64,000 nt of DNA from Terriglobia bacterium (GCA_963666975.2 CAXVYR010000004.1:224001-288000); one strand, 5' to 3'; positions 38,653-49,227 are shown, numbered from the stretch's first letter. Numbers and translations: made by a program. Notes: generated by a model not told the origin, from the letters alone.

Positions 38653-40458
38653 CTAAAAATTCGGAGACCGAAAGACGATCTTCCCTCCCAGGCCGGTCAT
38701 CAGGTTCTTGATGTTAAAAAGCTCTCTCGGAGGAATGGTGAAATAATCCCGGTCGATCACGGCAAAGTCGGCCAGCTTGCCTGGCTCGAGCGTGCCGATT
38801 TCCTTTTCGCGGAGAACATACTCAGCCGCCCAGTTGGTCCAACCCCTCAGGGCGGAGATGCGGTCGATCCGCTCCTCCGGCGTCCAGACCTTGCCCTTCA
38901 GTTCCCGCGTCACATAAAAGGCGACCCATGGCCAGACCGAGTCGCGGTAAGGCCAGTCCCGGATCAGAGCCTCCTGGATCATCTTCTCCGCATTGTCGCC
39001 CAGTCTCCCAATGTGGGCGTCTGAGGAGAAGATCATCCGCGCGCCCGAGTCCAGCCAACTCTTGGCCGGCTCAATCCAGGGGACGTATTGCTCCCCGTAG
39101 TCTCTCTCGGTGAGGAGCCGAGCCCGCGAAAACTGCGTGGCCTGGAAGCTCATGAAAAAGCCGAACCGGGCCGCGATGGCAGGTTGCTCCGGCCGGATCA
39201 TTAGGCCATGTTCAAAACCCCAGCGCATCTTCCGAATTTCCTCCAGCGTCAGGGCGTCCCGGCCCTTCATGGCCTCCCCGGCCAATTGGAAGGCGCCGTC
39301 GAGCATCCCGTCGCTGGTGGCATGCAGAATGGCCACCCGTAAACCGGATTTCACCGCGGACAGCAGAGCGTCAAAGTAGGGTTGCCCCGGCACGGTCTGG
39401 CAGGCGGTCCGCCGGTCGCGCTCTCGAACCGCTTCCGTGAGGCCGATGGCCTGCGTGCACCCCTGGCCCCAGGACTCTCCTCCCACGCCCATGTTCCACA
39501 AAAAATCGGTCCCATGCCCCACAATGTCTCCCATCAGCCGGTAGAACTCCACCGGGTCTTTGGCCAGGGAAAAGCCGGCGCGATGGACCCAGGCAAATCG
39601 CATGGGCATCCTTCCTTGCTGGTCCAACAATTTCAGAGCCCGCAAGACATTCTGCGGTTCGATGTGACTCCCAAACGTGGTGAGCCCATAGGCTGAGTTC
39701 TCCGCCATCTCTTCTTCCATGAAGTCGGCGATGACGGGCAACCGGTCTCGCAGAATGATGTCGTGAGGGACAAGATAGCGGGCGCGCAACCCGTATACCA
39801 CTGTTCCCAGGTTTTCCCGCATGAGCTGTCTGGCTTTGCTGTTGGAAAAGCCGCCCAGGTAGCCGGACTCGATCAGGACCGGGTTGTCCGGAGCCAAACG
39901 GTCCAACTCCTCCTGGGTAATCACGTTCTCCTCGATGGCCTGATCCCCGTCGGCCAACTGCCAAGGGATGTTGACGCTGACCCATTTCCCCTTCCCCAGT
40001 TCCCGAATGCGGTTTTGGATGGTGGGTCCCAGCTTCGAGCGGAGTTCATCCAGGTTGCTGGCCGGCAAAAAGACGGGTTCCAGTTGTTTGTCGTACTTTC
40101 CCCCCAGGTGCCACAGACCCCACAGGTGCGGATGCGTGTGGGCATCAATGATGCCCGGAACCACGGTCCTCCCCTTCAAGTCAATCATTTCGGTCTGCGG
40201 CCCGGCCAGCGGCGTGATCTGCGCGTCTGTCCCCAGCCTCCAGATCCGGTCCTCGCGCACCGCCATTGCATTGTAGAAGGTCAGGCTCGGGTCCATGCTG
40301 GCAATCTTGCCGTTGTGCAGGATCAGGGTCGGGTAGACGGCCAGCTCCCGCAGCGTGCCCATGTCTTGCGCCTGGGAGCTTTTGCTCGGAAAACAAACAG
40401 CCACCAGAATCAGGAATGCCAAGCTGAAAAAGGAGACAAACAATTTTTTCATCATCAT
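38653..40458 (-). CDS. Exported Amidohydro_3 protein, copy B
   Basis: MMMKK signal after GGAGGG; PGIIDAHTH, LHATSD, FEH, SSDAH and GTLEPGKLAD. Confidence 0.9.
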   Translation of the reverse strand: MMMKKLFVSFFSLAFLILVAVCFPSKSSQAQDMGTLRELAVYPTLILHNGKIASMDPSLTFYNAMAVREDRIWRLGTDAQITPLAGPQTEMIDLKGRTVVPGIIDAHTHPHLWGLWHLGGKYDKQLEPVFLPASNLDELRSKLGPTIQNRIRELGKGKWVSVNIPWQLADGDQAIEENVITQEELDRLAPDNPVLIESGYLGGFSNSKARQLMRENLGTVVYGLRARYLVPHDIILRDRLPVIADFMEEEMAENSAYGLTTFGSHIEPQNVLRALKLLDQQGRMPMRFAWVHRAGFSLAKDPVEFYRLMGDIVGHGTDFLWNMGVGGESWGQGCTQAIGLTEAVRERDRRTACQTVPGQPYFDALLSAVKSGLRVAILHATSDGMLDGAFQLAGEAMKGRDALTLEEIRKMRWGFEHGLMIRPEQPAIAARFGFFMSFQATQFSRARLLTERDYGEQYVPWIEPAKSWLDSGARMIFSSDAHIGRLGDNAEKMIQEALIRDWPYRDSVWPWVAFYVTRELKGKVWTPEERIDRISALRGWTNWAAEYVLREKEIGTLEPGKLADFAVIDRDYFTIPPRELFNIKNLMTGLGGKIVFRSPNF

Positions 40459-40533
40459 TCCCTCCGGCAGACCCCCAAGTGGGAGGTTGCCCACGCAGTT
40501 TAGCATCCGTTGCAGGTCCTAGCGCGATCCGGA

Positions 40534-40598
40534 CTAAAAATTGGGAGAGCGGTACACGATCTTCCCTCACAGGCCGGTCATCAGGTTCCTGATATTAA
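40534..40598 (-). pseudogene. 3'-terminal remnant of another Amidohydro_3 paralogue
   Basis: Reads NIRNLMTGL*GKIVYRSPNF*, near-identical to the end of copy B (NIKNLMTGLGGKIVFRSPNF*). Confidence 0.8.
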
Positions 40599-40675
40599 CC
40601 GGAATTAATTTTTTGGCTCTCCGGCAGTTGCGAGTATACACCCATCAGCCTCCAACTGAGCCCTTCCAGCACAGG
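40599..40675 (-). promoter_or_regulatory. IS1380-end-like relic (subfamily 2) facing Amidohydro_3 copy B
   Basis: GGGTGTATACTCGCAACTGCCGGAGAGCCAAAAAATTAATTCCGG-TTAA; closely matches 56505..56581 and 62998..63042. Confidence 0.7.
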
Positions 40676-40807
40676 TTTGCTGCCAGCCCATCGAGATTCG
40701 GTACGCTGTTAGTTAAGGTGAGGTGGTTCAATTTGCGGCTCGGGTTCTGGGATGACGGATGGTCTATCGGGAAACCTGTGGACTTACTCCTATGCTGCTG
40801 CTGCCGC

Positions 40808-40911
40808 GGTGATTCCGCAATCTAGTGTTGTTAGCGCATCCCTATCTCCAACAACGTATTGAACATTACAGCGTTATGCTCATCTCACCAACACTCGATT
40901 GCGGAATCACC
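40808..40911. repeat. Long hairpin (23-bp arms, 1 mismatch) just downstream of Amidohydro_3 copy C; terminator or MITE
   Basis: GGTGATTCCGCAATCTAGTGTTG ... CAACACTCGATTGCGGAATCACC. Confidence 0.75.
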
Positions 40912-40919
40912 CTGCGGAT

Positions 40920-42869
40920 TCAGTAGTTCGAGGCTCTGTAGACCGTCTTTCCACCTACCGAGGTCAGCAAAGTCTGGATGGTGCCGATCTGATCCTCCGG
41001 AATCGTGAAATAGTCCTTATCAATCACAATGAAATCGGCGAGCTTTCCCACTTCCAGCGAGCCGATGTTTTTCTCGTTCAGCGCCTGTTCGGCCCCCCAG
41101 ATCGTAGCCGCCTTCATGAGTGTCGCCCGATCCATTGCCTCATTTCGGTTATAGGTGATCCCGTCATGCGGCATCCGGCGGGTCACAAAGAATTCGATAA
41201 ATCCCCAGATGTTGCCATCCCACTGGGGCGGATAGTCCATGTCCTTGGATTCGATCCGAACCTTGTGCAGGTGCGCGTCGGTGTTGAACACCGGACGCCC
41301 GCCGGCCTGCACCAAACTTTTCATCGGCGCCATCCAGCCCATATACTGCTCCCCATAGGCTTTCAGGAAAGCTCCTCCTTTAATGTTTCCCTGAACCTGG
41401 TACCCGTTAAAGCCCGGCATGATGTTGTACCGGGCCATCTTCTGAATCTGATCGGGGCGAACGATCGGGTTGTGCTCGAAGCTGATCCGCGCGTTTCGGA
41501 CCTGCTCCAGGGTCATCTTGCCCTCCGCCAGCGTCTCTTCGATGATTCGGAACAGGGCATCGTAGGTTCCATCGCTGTAGCCGTGCAGAAACGCAATTCG
41601 CAGTCCGGCCTCCAGCGCCGCCCGCACATTCCGGTAGCCGCCTTGATTTTCATAGTCAGGCAAGTCGGCGCAATCGGGCCGGAGACCTCCTAATATATCC
41701 AGGACAGATCCGCCGGCTCCGACTTCAGCGGTGCTGAGCGGCGTGGCGGTGGTGCAGGCAAGACCCGTTTCCCAAGCTTCGTTGGAAACACCTGCATTCC
41801 AGATGTAATCGTTGCCGATTCCCCGAAAGTCTCCCAGGTTCTGGTAAAAGAAATTGAGATCCCCCTCGGGGGCGCCGCCGACTATCAAGTTTGGGCCAGC
41901 ATTATTGCCCCAGAGAGTGCCCAAATACCAAGCCCACCGGACGGGCAACTCATCCCGCTCGTACAACAAACGGTAAATCTTCATAATGGAAGGGGAGCCG
42001 TAGTAATGGTTGCCAAAAGTAGTGATCCCTTGAGCCACCACGCATTCGAGCAGTTCCCGCTTCAAAAAGTCGATCGTTTCTTCGGTCCGCCCACGGAAGA
42101 GAATGTCATACGTTACCCCGGTGCGCGCCTGTAATCCGAATACTTCGCGGCCCAGAATCCTTTCCATTTCCTCTTTGGCTTTCGTGTTGTTCATGCTGGG
42201 CCCGATGGCTTCGCTGGCAAACACCATGAGGGGGTTGTCCGGGGCGAGCGTGTCCAAAAACTCCCGGGTAATCGTCCCCGGTTGACCTCCTGCTTGCATA
42301 AAGAGGGGATAAAGAATTTCTCTTGAATCGGTGAGGCTGTTTTTTCCAAACAACCCAATCCAAATCCACTTGCCGGGGCCTAGCTCTTGCGCTCTTTGCC
42401 GAACCACCCGTTCGAGCGACCGCAACACTTCGCTCCGGTCATTCCCCTTGGCGTAGGTGATCTTCAGTTGCGGGTCGTTGTACTTCTGGGAAATAAAATC
42501 CCCTTCCGCCCCTAACCAGTGCTCCACAGCCCAGAGATGCGGGTGGGTGTGGCCATCAATCAGGCCCGGCAGCACCCGGCGCCCCTTCGCGTCCAGCACC
42601 TCGGTGTTCGTGCCGGCCAGAAACCGGATTTCGTCATTCGTTCCCAGCGCCAGAATCCGGTTGTTCTTCACCGCCATGGCCTCGACCTCGGTCAGCCGTT
42701 CATCGATTGTGGAGATCTTTCCGTTGACGACGATCAGATCCGGATAGGCATTCAACCGCTCCAGTTTCCTCGTCAACTCAGCGGCGCTTTGTCCCTGCGC
42801 AATTCCGGGTACAAGAAAGAAAATCAGGGCAAATAAAATCATGCTGCTAAAAAAGCCGGTTCGTTTCAT
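40920..42869 (-). CDS. Exported Amidohydro_3 protein, copy C
   Basis: Signal peptide; PGLIDGHTH, LHGYSD, FEH, NTDAH and GSLEVGKLAD. Confidence 0.9.
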   Translation of the reverse strand: MKRTGFFSSMILFALIFFLVPGIAQGQSAAELTRKLERLNAYPDLIVVNGKISTIDERLTEVEAMAVKNNRILALGTNDEIRFLAGTNTEVLDAKGRRVLPGLIDGHTHPHLWAVEHWLGAEGDFISQKYNDPQLKITYAKGNDRSEVLRSLERVVRQRAQELGPGKWIWIGLFGKNSLTDSREILYPLFMQAGGQPGTITREFLDTLAPDNPLMVFASEAIGPSMNNTKAKEEMERILGREVFGLQARTGVTYDILFRGRTEETIDFLKRELLECVVAQGITTFGNHYYGSPSIMKIYRLLYERDELPVRWAWYLGTLWGNNAGPNLIVGGAPEGDLNFFYQNLGDFRGIGNDYIWNAGVSNEAWETGLACTTATPLSTAEVGAGGSVLDILGGLRPDCADLPDYENQGGYRNVRAALEAGLRIAFLHGYSDGTYDALFRIIEETLAEGKMTLEQVRNARISFEHNPIVRPDQIQKMARYNIMPGFNGYQVQGNIKGGAFLKAYGEQYMGWMAPMKSLVQAGGRPVFNTDAHLHKVRIESKDMDYPPQWDGNIWGFIEFFVTRRMPHDGITYNRNEAMDRATLMKAATIWGAEQALNEKNIGSLEVGKLADFIVIDKDYFTIPEDQIGTIQTLLTSVGGKTVYRASNY

Positions 42870-43015
42870 GAGACTTTACCTCCACTGCAAGATTCTCGAT
42901 TCATATTGGGTTGTGCCGCCTCTCTCCCCCATTGTTCGCAAAAACGGTCTCAGACGCCGACGACGTCATCTAATCAATCACTGGCGCTGGTACAAAAAAT
43001 CGGTCCGGTCACGGT

Positions 43016-44041
43016 CTATCCGGACCCCGCCTGGGGCAGCTTCAGAAGGCGGCGGGCGTTTTCTTCGTAAATCTTGGCGCGGTCCGAGGGGGCAATCGAC
43101 ACAGCCTCGACAGCGCGGATTGTTTCACGGATAAAACCGGGCCCTTTTTCCGGGTCATAGGGCATATCGGTACCGAACAGCACATGGTCCATCCCAAAGA
43201 ATGCCAGGCCGCATTCGACCGGAGCCACCGGCCCGAACAGGGCCGTGTCGGCGTAAAACATCCGAAAGTAATCGAGCGGACGCCGTTTGAGGTTGCATTT
43301 CACCAACTCGCTGTCCTCCTCCGGGGTACGGGCTCCTAACTGGTCCCAGCCGGGGCCTATCCGGCCCTCGAAGTAGGGCACCATCGCACCCATGTGATGC
43401 GTGATAATTTTCAGGTTCGGAAAGGCGTCAAACAACCCGGAAAATACGATTCGGGCCATGGCGACGCTGGTCTCATAAGGCCATCCGAAGACAAACCACA
43501 CCTCGTAGCGGGATTTTTTCTCCACGGGGTAGTCGGCGAAGGTGGAAGGGCGGGCCGGATGCAGCCAGATGGGGAGGTCGTAGGCGGCCATCCGCTCAAA
43601 CAGGGGCCGAAACTCGGGGTCATCCAATGGCCGCCCGTTGACATTGCTGTAAATCTGCACTCCTCGGGCTCCGAGATCCCGCACGGCCCGGTCCACCTCC
43701 ACGAGGCAGGCGTCCGGGTTGTTCATCGGCAGAGCAGCTGCGAATGTGGCAAACCGGTCGGGGTGCTTTGCCACCAGTTCGGCCAGTTCGTCGTTGGCGA
43801 TGCGCGCCAGCTCGGGGGAAGTCCGGGAATCCCCAACCGATTCCACAGGAGTCGAGGCCATCGTGAGCACCTGCTGGTAGCCAGGAAACCGGTCCATGAT
43901 CCGGAATCGCAAATCCAGATCGAACAAAACGGGTATCTCCCGCGCGCGTTTCTGCATGTAGCCGGCGTGGCCGGATAACTGATGCATCCTCTCGCTAAAG
44001 CGATGTGGGATTATGTGCGCGTATATGTCGATTTTCACCAT
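43016..44041 (-). CDS. Amidohydro_2 family protein (ACMSD/aromatic decarboxylase-like)
   Basis: IDIYAH, ARIANDELA, IWLHP, FGWPYET, THHMG and FGTDMPY. Confidence 0.88.
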   Translation of the reverse strand: MVKIDIYAHIIPHRFSERMHQLSGHAGYMQKRAREIPVLFDLDLRFRIMDRFPGYQQVLTMASTPVESVGDSRTSPELARIANDELAELVAKHPDRFATFAAALPMNNPDACLVEVDRAVRDLGARGVQIYSNVNGRPLDDPEFRPLFERMAAYDLPIWLHPARPSTFADYPVEKKSRYEVWFVFGWPYETSVAMARIVFSGLFDAFPNLKIITHHMGAMVPYFEGRIGPGWDQLGARTPEEDSELVKCNLKRRPLDYFRMFYADTALFGPVAPVECGLAFFGMDHVLFGTDMPYDPEKGPGFIRETIRAVEAVSIAPSDRAKIYEENARRLLKLPQAGSG

Positions 44042-44212
44042 GACCTCACAGGAAGAAGGTTTCTCGATTCTCGCCGATTCAATGGAGTCGCGATCCGGTC
44101 GTCGGTTGGGTGGCGGGCTGCCTCACACGGCTGCCTAGCCGGTTGCTGCCCGGCGGTCCACTCACTCCCAGCCCATCGGTCCGTGAGATTCATCCAAAGC
44201 TCGGATTGAGCT

Positions 44213-45247
44213 TTAGGCGAAGTCCTCCAGCCCAGCTATGGCTGTGTCCGAAACGGAGGGAAGGATCCCCTGTTGCGCCGCGACCCTGAGGAATTGGCGC
44301 TGGGTTTCCTTCATGGCCCGGTCCCAACGCGCGGTGAACAGGGGCAATTGGATGCTGCGTTCGATGAGCCGGGTGACAGCTTCCTCTTCCCGAATGCCCG
44401 TCAGGTCCTGAAACCGGTCTTCTCGAAAGAACTCGTACCCGTTCCGGAACGCCCATTCCACTGTGTCGATCCAGGCATCGCGGACCCGCGTGACGAGGTC
44501 AAGGTTCTTCCGAAGGAAGTCGACCCGGACGGCAATTCCAGCCAGGATCTTCGGCGCGCCCCAGATTTTTTCGAACTCATGGGAGTACGGACCGTAGATG
44601 GTCTTCGCATTGGCATCGGACTCGGCCCGCAGCGCCAGGGGGTCATATAACGTCGCGGCGTCGATATCCCCGCGCCTCAGCAGGGGAATCAATCCCGGAG
44701 GAGCGGCTTCGACGAGATCGAAGATCTGTTCGAGTCGGGGACTATTCACCCCGAACTTTACGGCCAGCAGGACCGCGAGCTCGTTGAAGCCGGAAGAGTC
44801 ACGGCCGTAGATGCCGAGCTTCGGTTTGCGCCCCTCCCTTTGCTGGAAGTTCAGCAGGTCCTCCATCGTGTCCACCCCCGAATCGGCCCGGGCCATCACC
44901 ACGTTCTGGGTGTTCTGCACGCTGTGGATGATCGTTGTGGCGAATCTCGAGGAGGCAATGGCTATCTGGCTGGGACCGAAGTCGAAGGAGACGTCCGACA
45001 GTCCTTGCAAGAAGTTTTGGACTCGCACGTCGGCTCCGAAGGACCTCACCTCCACATGCAGTCCCCGCCTTTGCGGCGCTCCGGAGCGGACCAACAGGTT
45101 GGCTGCGACGGCCGTCATTCCGCTCGACAGGCTACTGACCCGCACGGTGGACAGGGCCTGTCCGGGCAATACCGCCGGCCTGGCCCCGCTGAAAAACGCC
45201 GTTCCCAAGCCCAACCCGCTGTATTTGAGAAACTGTCTGCGATGCAT
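44213..45247 (-). CDS. Tat-exported ABC substrate-binding protein (SBP3, orphan paralogue)
   Basis: MHRRQFLKY at 45247; paralogue of SBP1. Confidence 0.85.
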   Translation of the reverse strand: MHRRQFLKYSGLGLGTAFFSGARPAVLPGQALSTVRVSSLSSGMTAVAANLLVRSGAPQRRGLHVEVRSFGADVRVQNFLQGLSDVSFDFGPSQIAIASSRFATTIIHSVQNTQNVVMARADSGVDTMEDLLNFQQREGRKPKLGIYGRDSSGFNELAVLLAVKFGVNSPRLEQIFDLVEAAPPGLIPLLRRGDIDAATLYDPLALRAESDANAKTIYGPYSHEFEKIWGAPKILAGIAVRVDFLRKNLDLVTRVRDAWIDTVEWAFRNGYEFFREDRFQDLTGIREEEAVTRLIERSIQLPLFTARWDRAMKETQRQFLRVAAQQGILPSVSDTAIAGLEDFA

Positions 45248-45327
45248 ACCTTTCAAAAAGGCCTCCCGGCTTGTTTCACAGGGGATGGGGTTTCCTTTCC
45301 TCCATCGATGGCTATATCGCGCGGCGA

Positions 45328-45831
45328 TCAACCGTCCGCCCCATTTCCACCTTGCATCTGGGCCGAAGCAGCGGCGATGGCTTGCACGATGTTCTCATAG
45401 CCCGTGCACCGACAAAGATTCCCGGAAATCGCTATTCGGATCTCCTCCGGAGACGGCCTGGGATTCTCTTTCAGCAGGGCCAAGGCAGTCATCAGAAAAC
45501 CAGGGGTGCAAAACCCGCATTGCAGCGCGTGGTGCTCCCAAAACGCCTGCTGAATCGGATGGAGTTCGTCGCCCCTCGCCAGGGATTCGACCGTGTTCAA
45601 TTCGGCTCGATCGGCTTGAACCGCGAAAAGGAGGCAGGAACGAACGGTCTGGCCATTCATCAAAACAGTGCAGGCTCCGCAAACACCGTGCTCGCAGCCG
45701 ACGTGGGTCCCCGTCAGACCCAACCTTTCTCTCAGAAAGTCCACGAGAGTCATCCGGGTCTCGACAACCTCTTCGTAGAGATTGCCGTTGACTTTCAGGG
45801 AAATCTTCCGTTCTTCCTTCGCTGGGTCCAT
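45328..45831 (-). CDS. (2Fe-2S)-binding small subunit (CoxS-like)
   Basis: GCEHGVCGAC...SC, QCGFC and NLCRC. Confidence 0.95.
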   Translation of the reverse strand: MDPAKEERKISLKVNGNLYEEVVETRMTLVDFLRERLGLTGTHVGCEHGVCGACTVLMNGQTVRSCLLFAVQADRAELNTVESLARGDELHPIQQAFWEHHALQCGFCTPGFLMTALALLKENPRPSPEEIRIAISGNLCRCTGYENIVQAIAAASAQMQGGNGADG

Positions 45832-45840
45832 GGATTCCTT

Positions 45841-46713
45841 TTAGCCTTTCCCCAGGCGTTGCTGGGCCGCAACTAACCCCCTCCGCGTGAGCACGCCTGC
45901 TACGGTACGCCGATACTCGGCCGAAGCGTGCAGGTCCGAATCAGGCTCTAGTTCCTCCGTGACGGCGCTGGCGACGTGCTCAAACAAACCCTCACCCAGC
46001 CGCTCCCCTCGCAAACGCTGTTCTGCCGTCCGGGCCCTCACCGGGCACGGCCCCACGCCCGTGAGCGCGATGGCGACGTCGGTGCAGATCCCGTTTCCGT
46101 CTGCCGTCAGCCAGATCGCCACCCCCACTATCGCGAAATCCCCGTAGCGCCGGCTCACTTCCAGAAAAGCCCAGCCCGCCCCCCGGGGCAATACCGGGAC
46201 CCGGACCTCGACGAGAATTTCCGAGGGGTCCAGGCAGGTTGTAAAGTAGGTAACAAAGAAATCGCTGGCGGAAACGCGCCTCTCTCCCTGGGGTCCTTGG
46301 AGGACCAGGGTTGCGTCCATCAGCATGGCCAAAACGGGCCACTCGGCCGCGGGGTCCGCGTGGGCCAAGCTCCCGCCCACGGTTCCCCGGTTGCGAATGG
46401 CGGGATGGCCGATATAGCAGGTCGCCTCCACCACGAGCGGGTGCTGCTCCCGCACCAGATCGGACTTCTCCACCGTTCGCTGCCGGGTCAACGTTCCAAT
46501 GGCGAGCGTCTGATCCTCCAAGCGGACGTAATCCAGGGACGAAACCTTATTAATGTCGATCAGGTGCTGGGGCCGGGCCAGGCGAAAGTTCATCATCGGG
46601 ACCAGGCTCTGCCCGCCCGCGAGAATTTTCGAATCCTCGCCGAACTGTCCCAGCAAGGGGATTAGCTCTTGCACCGTCTCCGGGTCATAGTAATGGAATT
46701 TCGCAGGCTTCAC
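45841..46713 (-). CDS. FAD-binding medium subunit (CoxM-like)
   Basis: AGGQSL, IRNRGTVGGS.AHADP and GDFA; GTG start. Confidence 0.95.
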   Translation of the reverse strand: MKPAKFHYYDPETVQELIPLLGQFGEDSKILAGGQSLVPMMNFRLARPQHLIDINKVSSLDYVRLEDQTLAIGTLTRQRTVEKSDLVREQHPLVVEATCYIGHPAIRNRGTVGGSLAHADPAAEWPVLAMLMDATLVLQGPQGERRVSASDFFVTYFTTCLDPSEILVEVRVPVLPRGAGWAFLEVSRRYGDFAIVGVAIWLTADGNGICTDVAIALTGVGPCPVRARTAEQRLRGERLGEGLFEHVASAVTEELEPDSDLHASAEYRRTVAGVLTRRGLVAAQQRLGKG

Positions 46714-46875
46714 GATATGTTCCTTCCCCCGCCAGGGCCCCCGCCGCTCTCTCCCGCAGACGGGAGCGCGACCCTCGCAAAACGCGCAACGCCCTGCTTC
46801 ACAAACTCCTGAGCCATGCCGTCGTTCATGGCCCGGCCCAAGCCCTCCATCAGCCTCTCCGCAAGAGCACGGCCT

Positions 46876-49227
46876 TCAGCCCATGGGTTCTCCTGCGGAC
46901 TCATGATTCCGTCGCGATTTCGAAATCAGCTCCCGGAGCTTGTTCGGACTCAGCGGCAAATCGGTGATCTGAATACCGAGGGGTTTTAAGGCATCCGAAA
47001 CCGCGTTGGCCATGGCGCCACCCACCCCCGCCGTGCCACCCTCTCCTCCACCTTTCACCCCCAGAGGGTTGAGGGGAGATGGGTCGTTTTCAAACAGGTG
47101 AACCTCCACGGGAGGCATCTCCATGCTCGACGGCAGAAGGTAATCCATGAAGGAGGTGCAAAGCAACTGTCCCGCCTCATCATACACAAGTTCTTCCAGA
47201 AAAGCGCCACCCAAACCTTGCGCCACGCCTCCCAAGATTTGACCTTCCAGGAGCATCGGGTTGATGGCCCTTCCCACATCATAAAGCGACCAGAACTTTT
47301 TCACCGTCACCACGCCGGTGCCTGCATCCACCTCGGCCAAAGCTACCTGAACGCCGTGGGGAAAAACCATTTTTTTCGCCTCAAAATAGTGTGTGGCTTC
47401 GAGGTCGAGCCCGCTCACGCCCCAGTTCCAAGAGTCGGAAGCGTGCCGCATCAGTTCGCCCAAGGAGAGGGCTTCCCGCCTCCCGCTTTTGGCAGAAAGG
47501 GTGGATCCCTCGAACTGGATCTCCTCTTCCGAACAGCCGAAATACTCCGCCGCCAACCGGACCACTTTCTCCCGGAGCTTCCTGGCGGCCAGCAGCACTG
47601 CGTTTCCTCCCATCACTGTCACACGGCTCGCAAAAGTCCCGGTGCTGTGTGGCGCCAGGGAGGTGTCGCCGTGAACCACGGTGACGTCGTCCATATCCAG
47701 GCCCAGCTCGTCGGCGCAGATTTGCGCCAGCGTGGTCTCCAGCCCCTGTCCAACCGAGGTCGCGCCCGTGTACACCACCGCCTTGCCGGAAGGGTCCATC
47801 CGAACTCTGGCCGCTTCGAAGGGACCCAGGCCGGTTTTTTCCACAAAACAGGCGAAACCGATTCCTATATATTTCCCATCCGCGCGCTGGCTTGCCTGTT
47901 CCTTCCGGAGGCGGCCATAGCCGCTGAGGTCAATGGCCTTCTGCATCAGCCTGGGATAGTCGCCGCTGTCATAGATGATCGGAGTTTCCAGCACGCTCGT
48001 GCCCACGCTGTAAGGCATCTCCTGCGGCTGGATAAAATTACGAAACCGTACGGCAGTGGGATCCATACCCAGACGAAGGCCGATCAAGTCCATCAGTCTT
48101 TCTCTTACAAAATTACATTCGTACCGGCCCGGGGCCCGGTAGGTGCCAATAGGTGTCTTGTTGGTGACGACTGCATTCCATTCGCACCAATAGTTGGGAA
48201 GCCGGTAGGGGCCGGGGAAAATGGTGGCGCTCAGAGCGGGAACCGTCGCGCTATGGGTTCGGATGTAGGCGCCCATGTCGTTCCAGATTCTTGCTTTTAC
48301 CGCCTGAAGATCGCCCTCTTTCCCCGCTGCCACTTCCACTTCCCACTGCTGTTCGCGGGAGTGATTGGTGGCCAGAAAATGTTCTCTCCGGTCTTCAATC
48401 CACTTCACAGGACGGCCCAAAGAGAGGGCGAGAAACGGGACCAGAAAATCCTCGGGATAAAATTCTCCCCTCACCCCGAAGCCGCCTCCCACATCCGGTT
48501 CGATGAAGTGGACGCTGTGCTCCGGCAGCCCCAACAAGGAGGCCAGCACCGAGCGATTGAAGTAAGGAACCTTGGTGGGTCCCCAAACCGTCAAGACCTT
48601 TGTGCCTCGATTGTACTCCGCAACCAACCCCCGGGTCTCCATCGGCATGCCGGTATGCCTCTGGATCGTGAATTGCTCCGAGAAGGTCAACCCGGCCTTC
48701 CGGAAGGCCCCCTCCACATCGCCCAGATCGACCACGCCGCTGCCGGCCAGATTGCCTTGGGTCTGCTCGTGAATCCGCACGGCATCTGTCTTCATCGCGC
48801 TCCGCGCATCCACGACCGCCGGAAGAGGCTCATAGTCCGTTTGGATGGACTCCAACGCGTCCTCCGCAATATACCGGCTGCCAGCAACCACAACGGCCAC
48901 CGGCTCCCCCACGTATCGAACCTTCTCTTTGGCCAGCGGATATTGAAGATATGGAACGAAGGAAGGATGGACCTCCAGGCGCATGGGGATGGGCTTTGCC
49001 AAATGAGAAATGTCGTGGAACGTGATGACGCTCAGCACCCCGGGAATCCGGCGTGCTTCCCGGGTGTTCACCGCTCGAATCCGGGCGTGCGCGTGGGGAC
49101 TTCGCAACAGGGCCGCATGTGCCATCCCGTGGAGATGGATGTCATCCACGTAGTTGCCTTCCCCGCGCAGGAAGCGGGGATCTTCCTTCCGCTTGACCCG
49201 CTGGCCGATGAATCTCCCTCGGTGCAT
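46876..49227 (-). CDS. Mo-hydroxylase large subunit (L2)
   Basis: Start MHRGRF at 49227 (as in L3); GGGFG, TYRAPGR, GQGLET, GTFASR and KGGGE. Confidence 0.92.
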   Translation of the reverse strand: MHRGRFIGQRVKRKEDPRFLRGEGNYVDDIHLHGMAHAALLRSPHAHARIRAVNTREARRIPGVLSVITFHDISHLAKPIPMRLEVHPSFVPYLQYPLAKEKVRYVGEPVAVVVAGSRYIAEDALESIQTDYEPLPAVVDARSAMKTDAVRIHEQTQGNLAGSGVVDLGDVEGAFRKAGLTFSEQFTIQRHTGMPMETRGLVAEYNRGTKVLTVWGPTKVPYFNRSVLASLLGLPEHSVHFIEPDVGGGFGVRGEFYPEDFLVPFLALSLGRPVKWIEDRREHFLATNHSREQQWEVEVAAGKEGDLQAVKARIWNDMGAYIRTHSATVPALSATIFPGPYRLPNYWCEWNAVVTNKTPIGTYRAPGRYECNFVRERLMDLIGLRLGMDPTAVRFRNFIQPQEMPYSVGTSVLETPIIYDSGDYPRLMQKAIDLSGYGRLRKEQASQRADGKYIGIGFACFVEKTGLGPFEAARVRMDPSGKAVVYTGATSVGQGLETTLAQICADELGLDMDDVTVVHGDTSLAPHSTGTFASRVTVMGGNAVLLAARKLREKVVRLAAEYFGCSEEEIQFEGSTLSAKSGRREALSLGELMRHASDSWNWGVSGLDLEATHYFEAKKMVFPHGVQVALAEVDAGTGVVTVKKFWSLYDVGRAINPMLLEGQILGGVAQGLGGAFLEELVYDEAGQLLCTSFMDYLLPSSMEMPPVEVHLFENDPSPLNPLGVKGGGEGGTAGVGGAMANAVSDALKPLGIQITDLPLSPNKLRELISKSRRNHESAGEPMG

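Noticed and set aside
46710-46904. Small ORF between L2 and the FAD subunit, faintly like a CoxG C-terminus
   Set aside because: Similarity too weak and it overlaps both neighbours; cannot support a call
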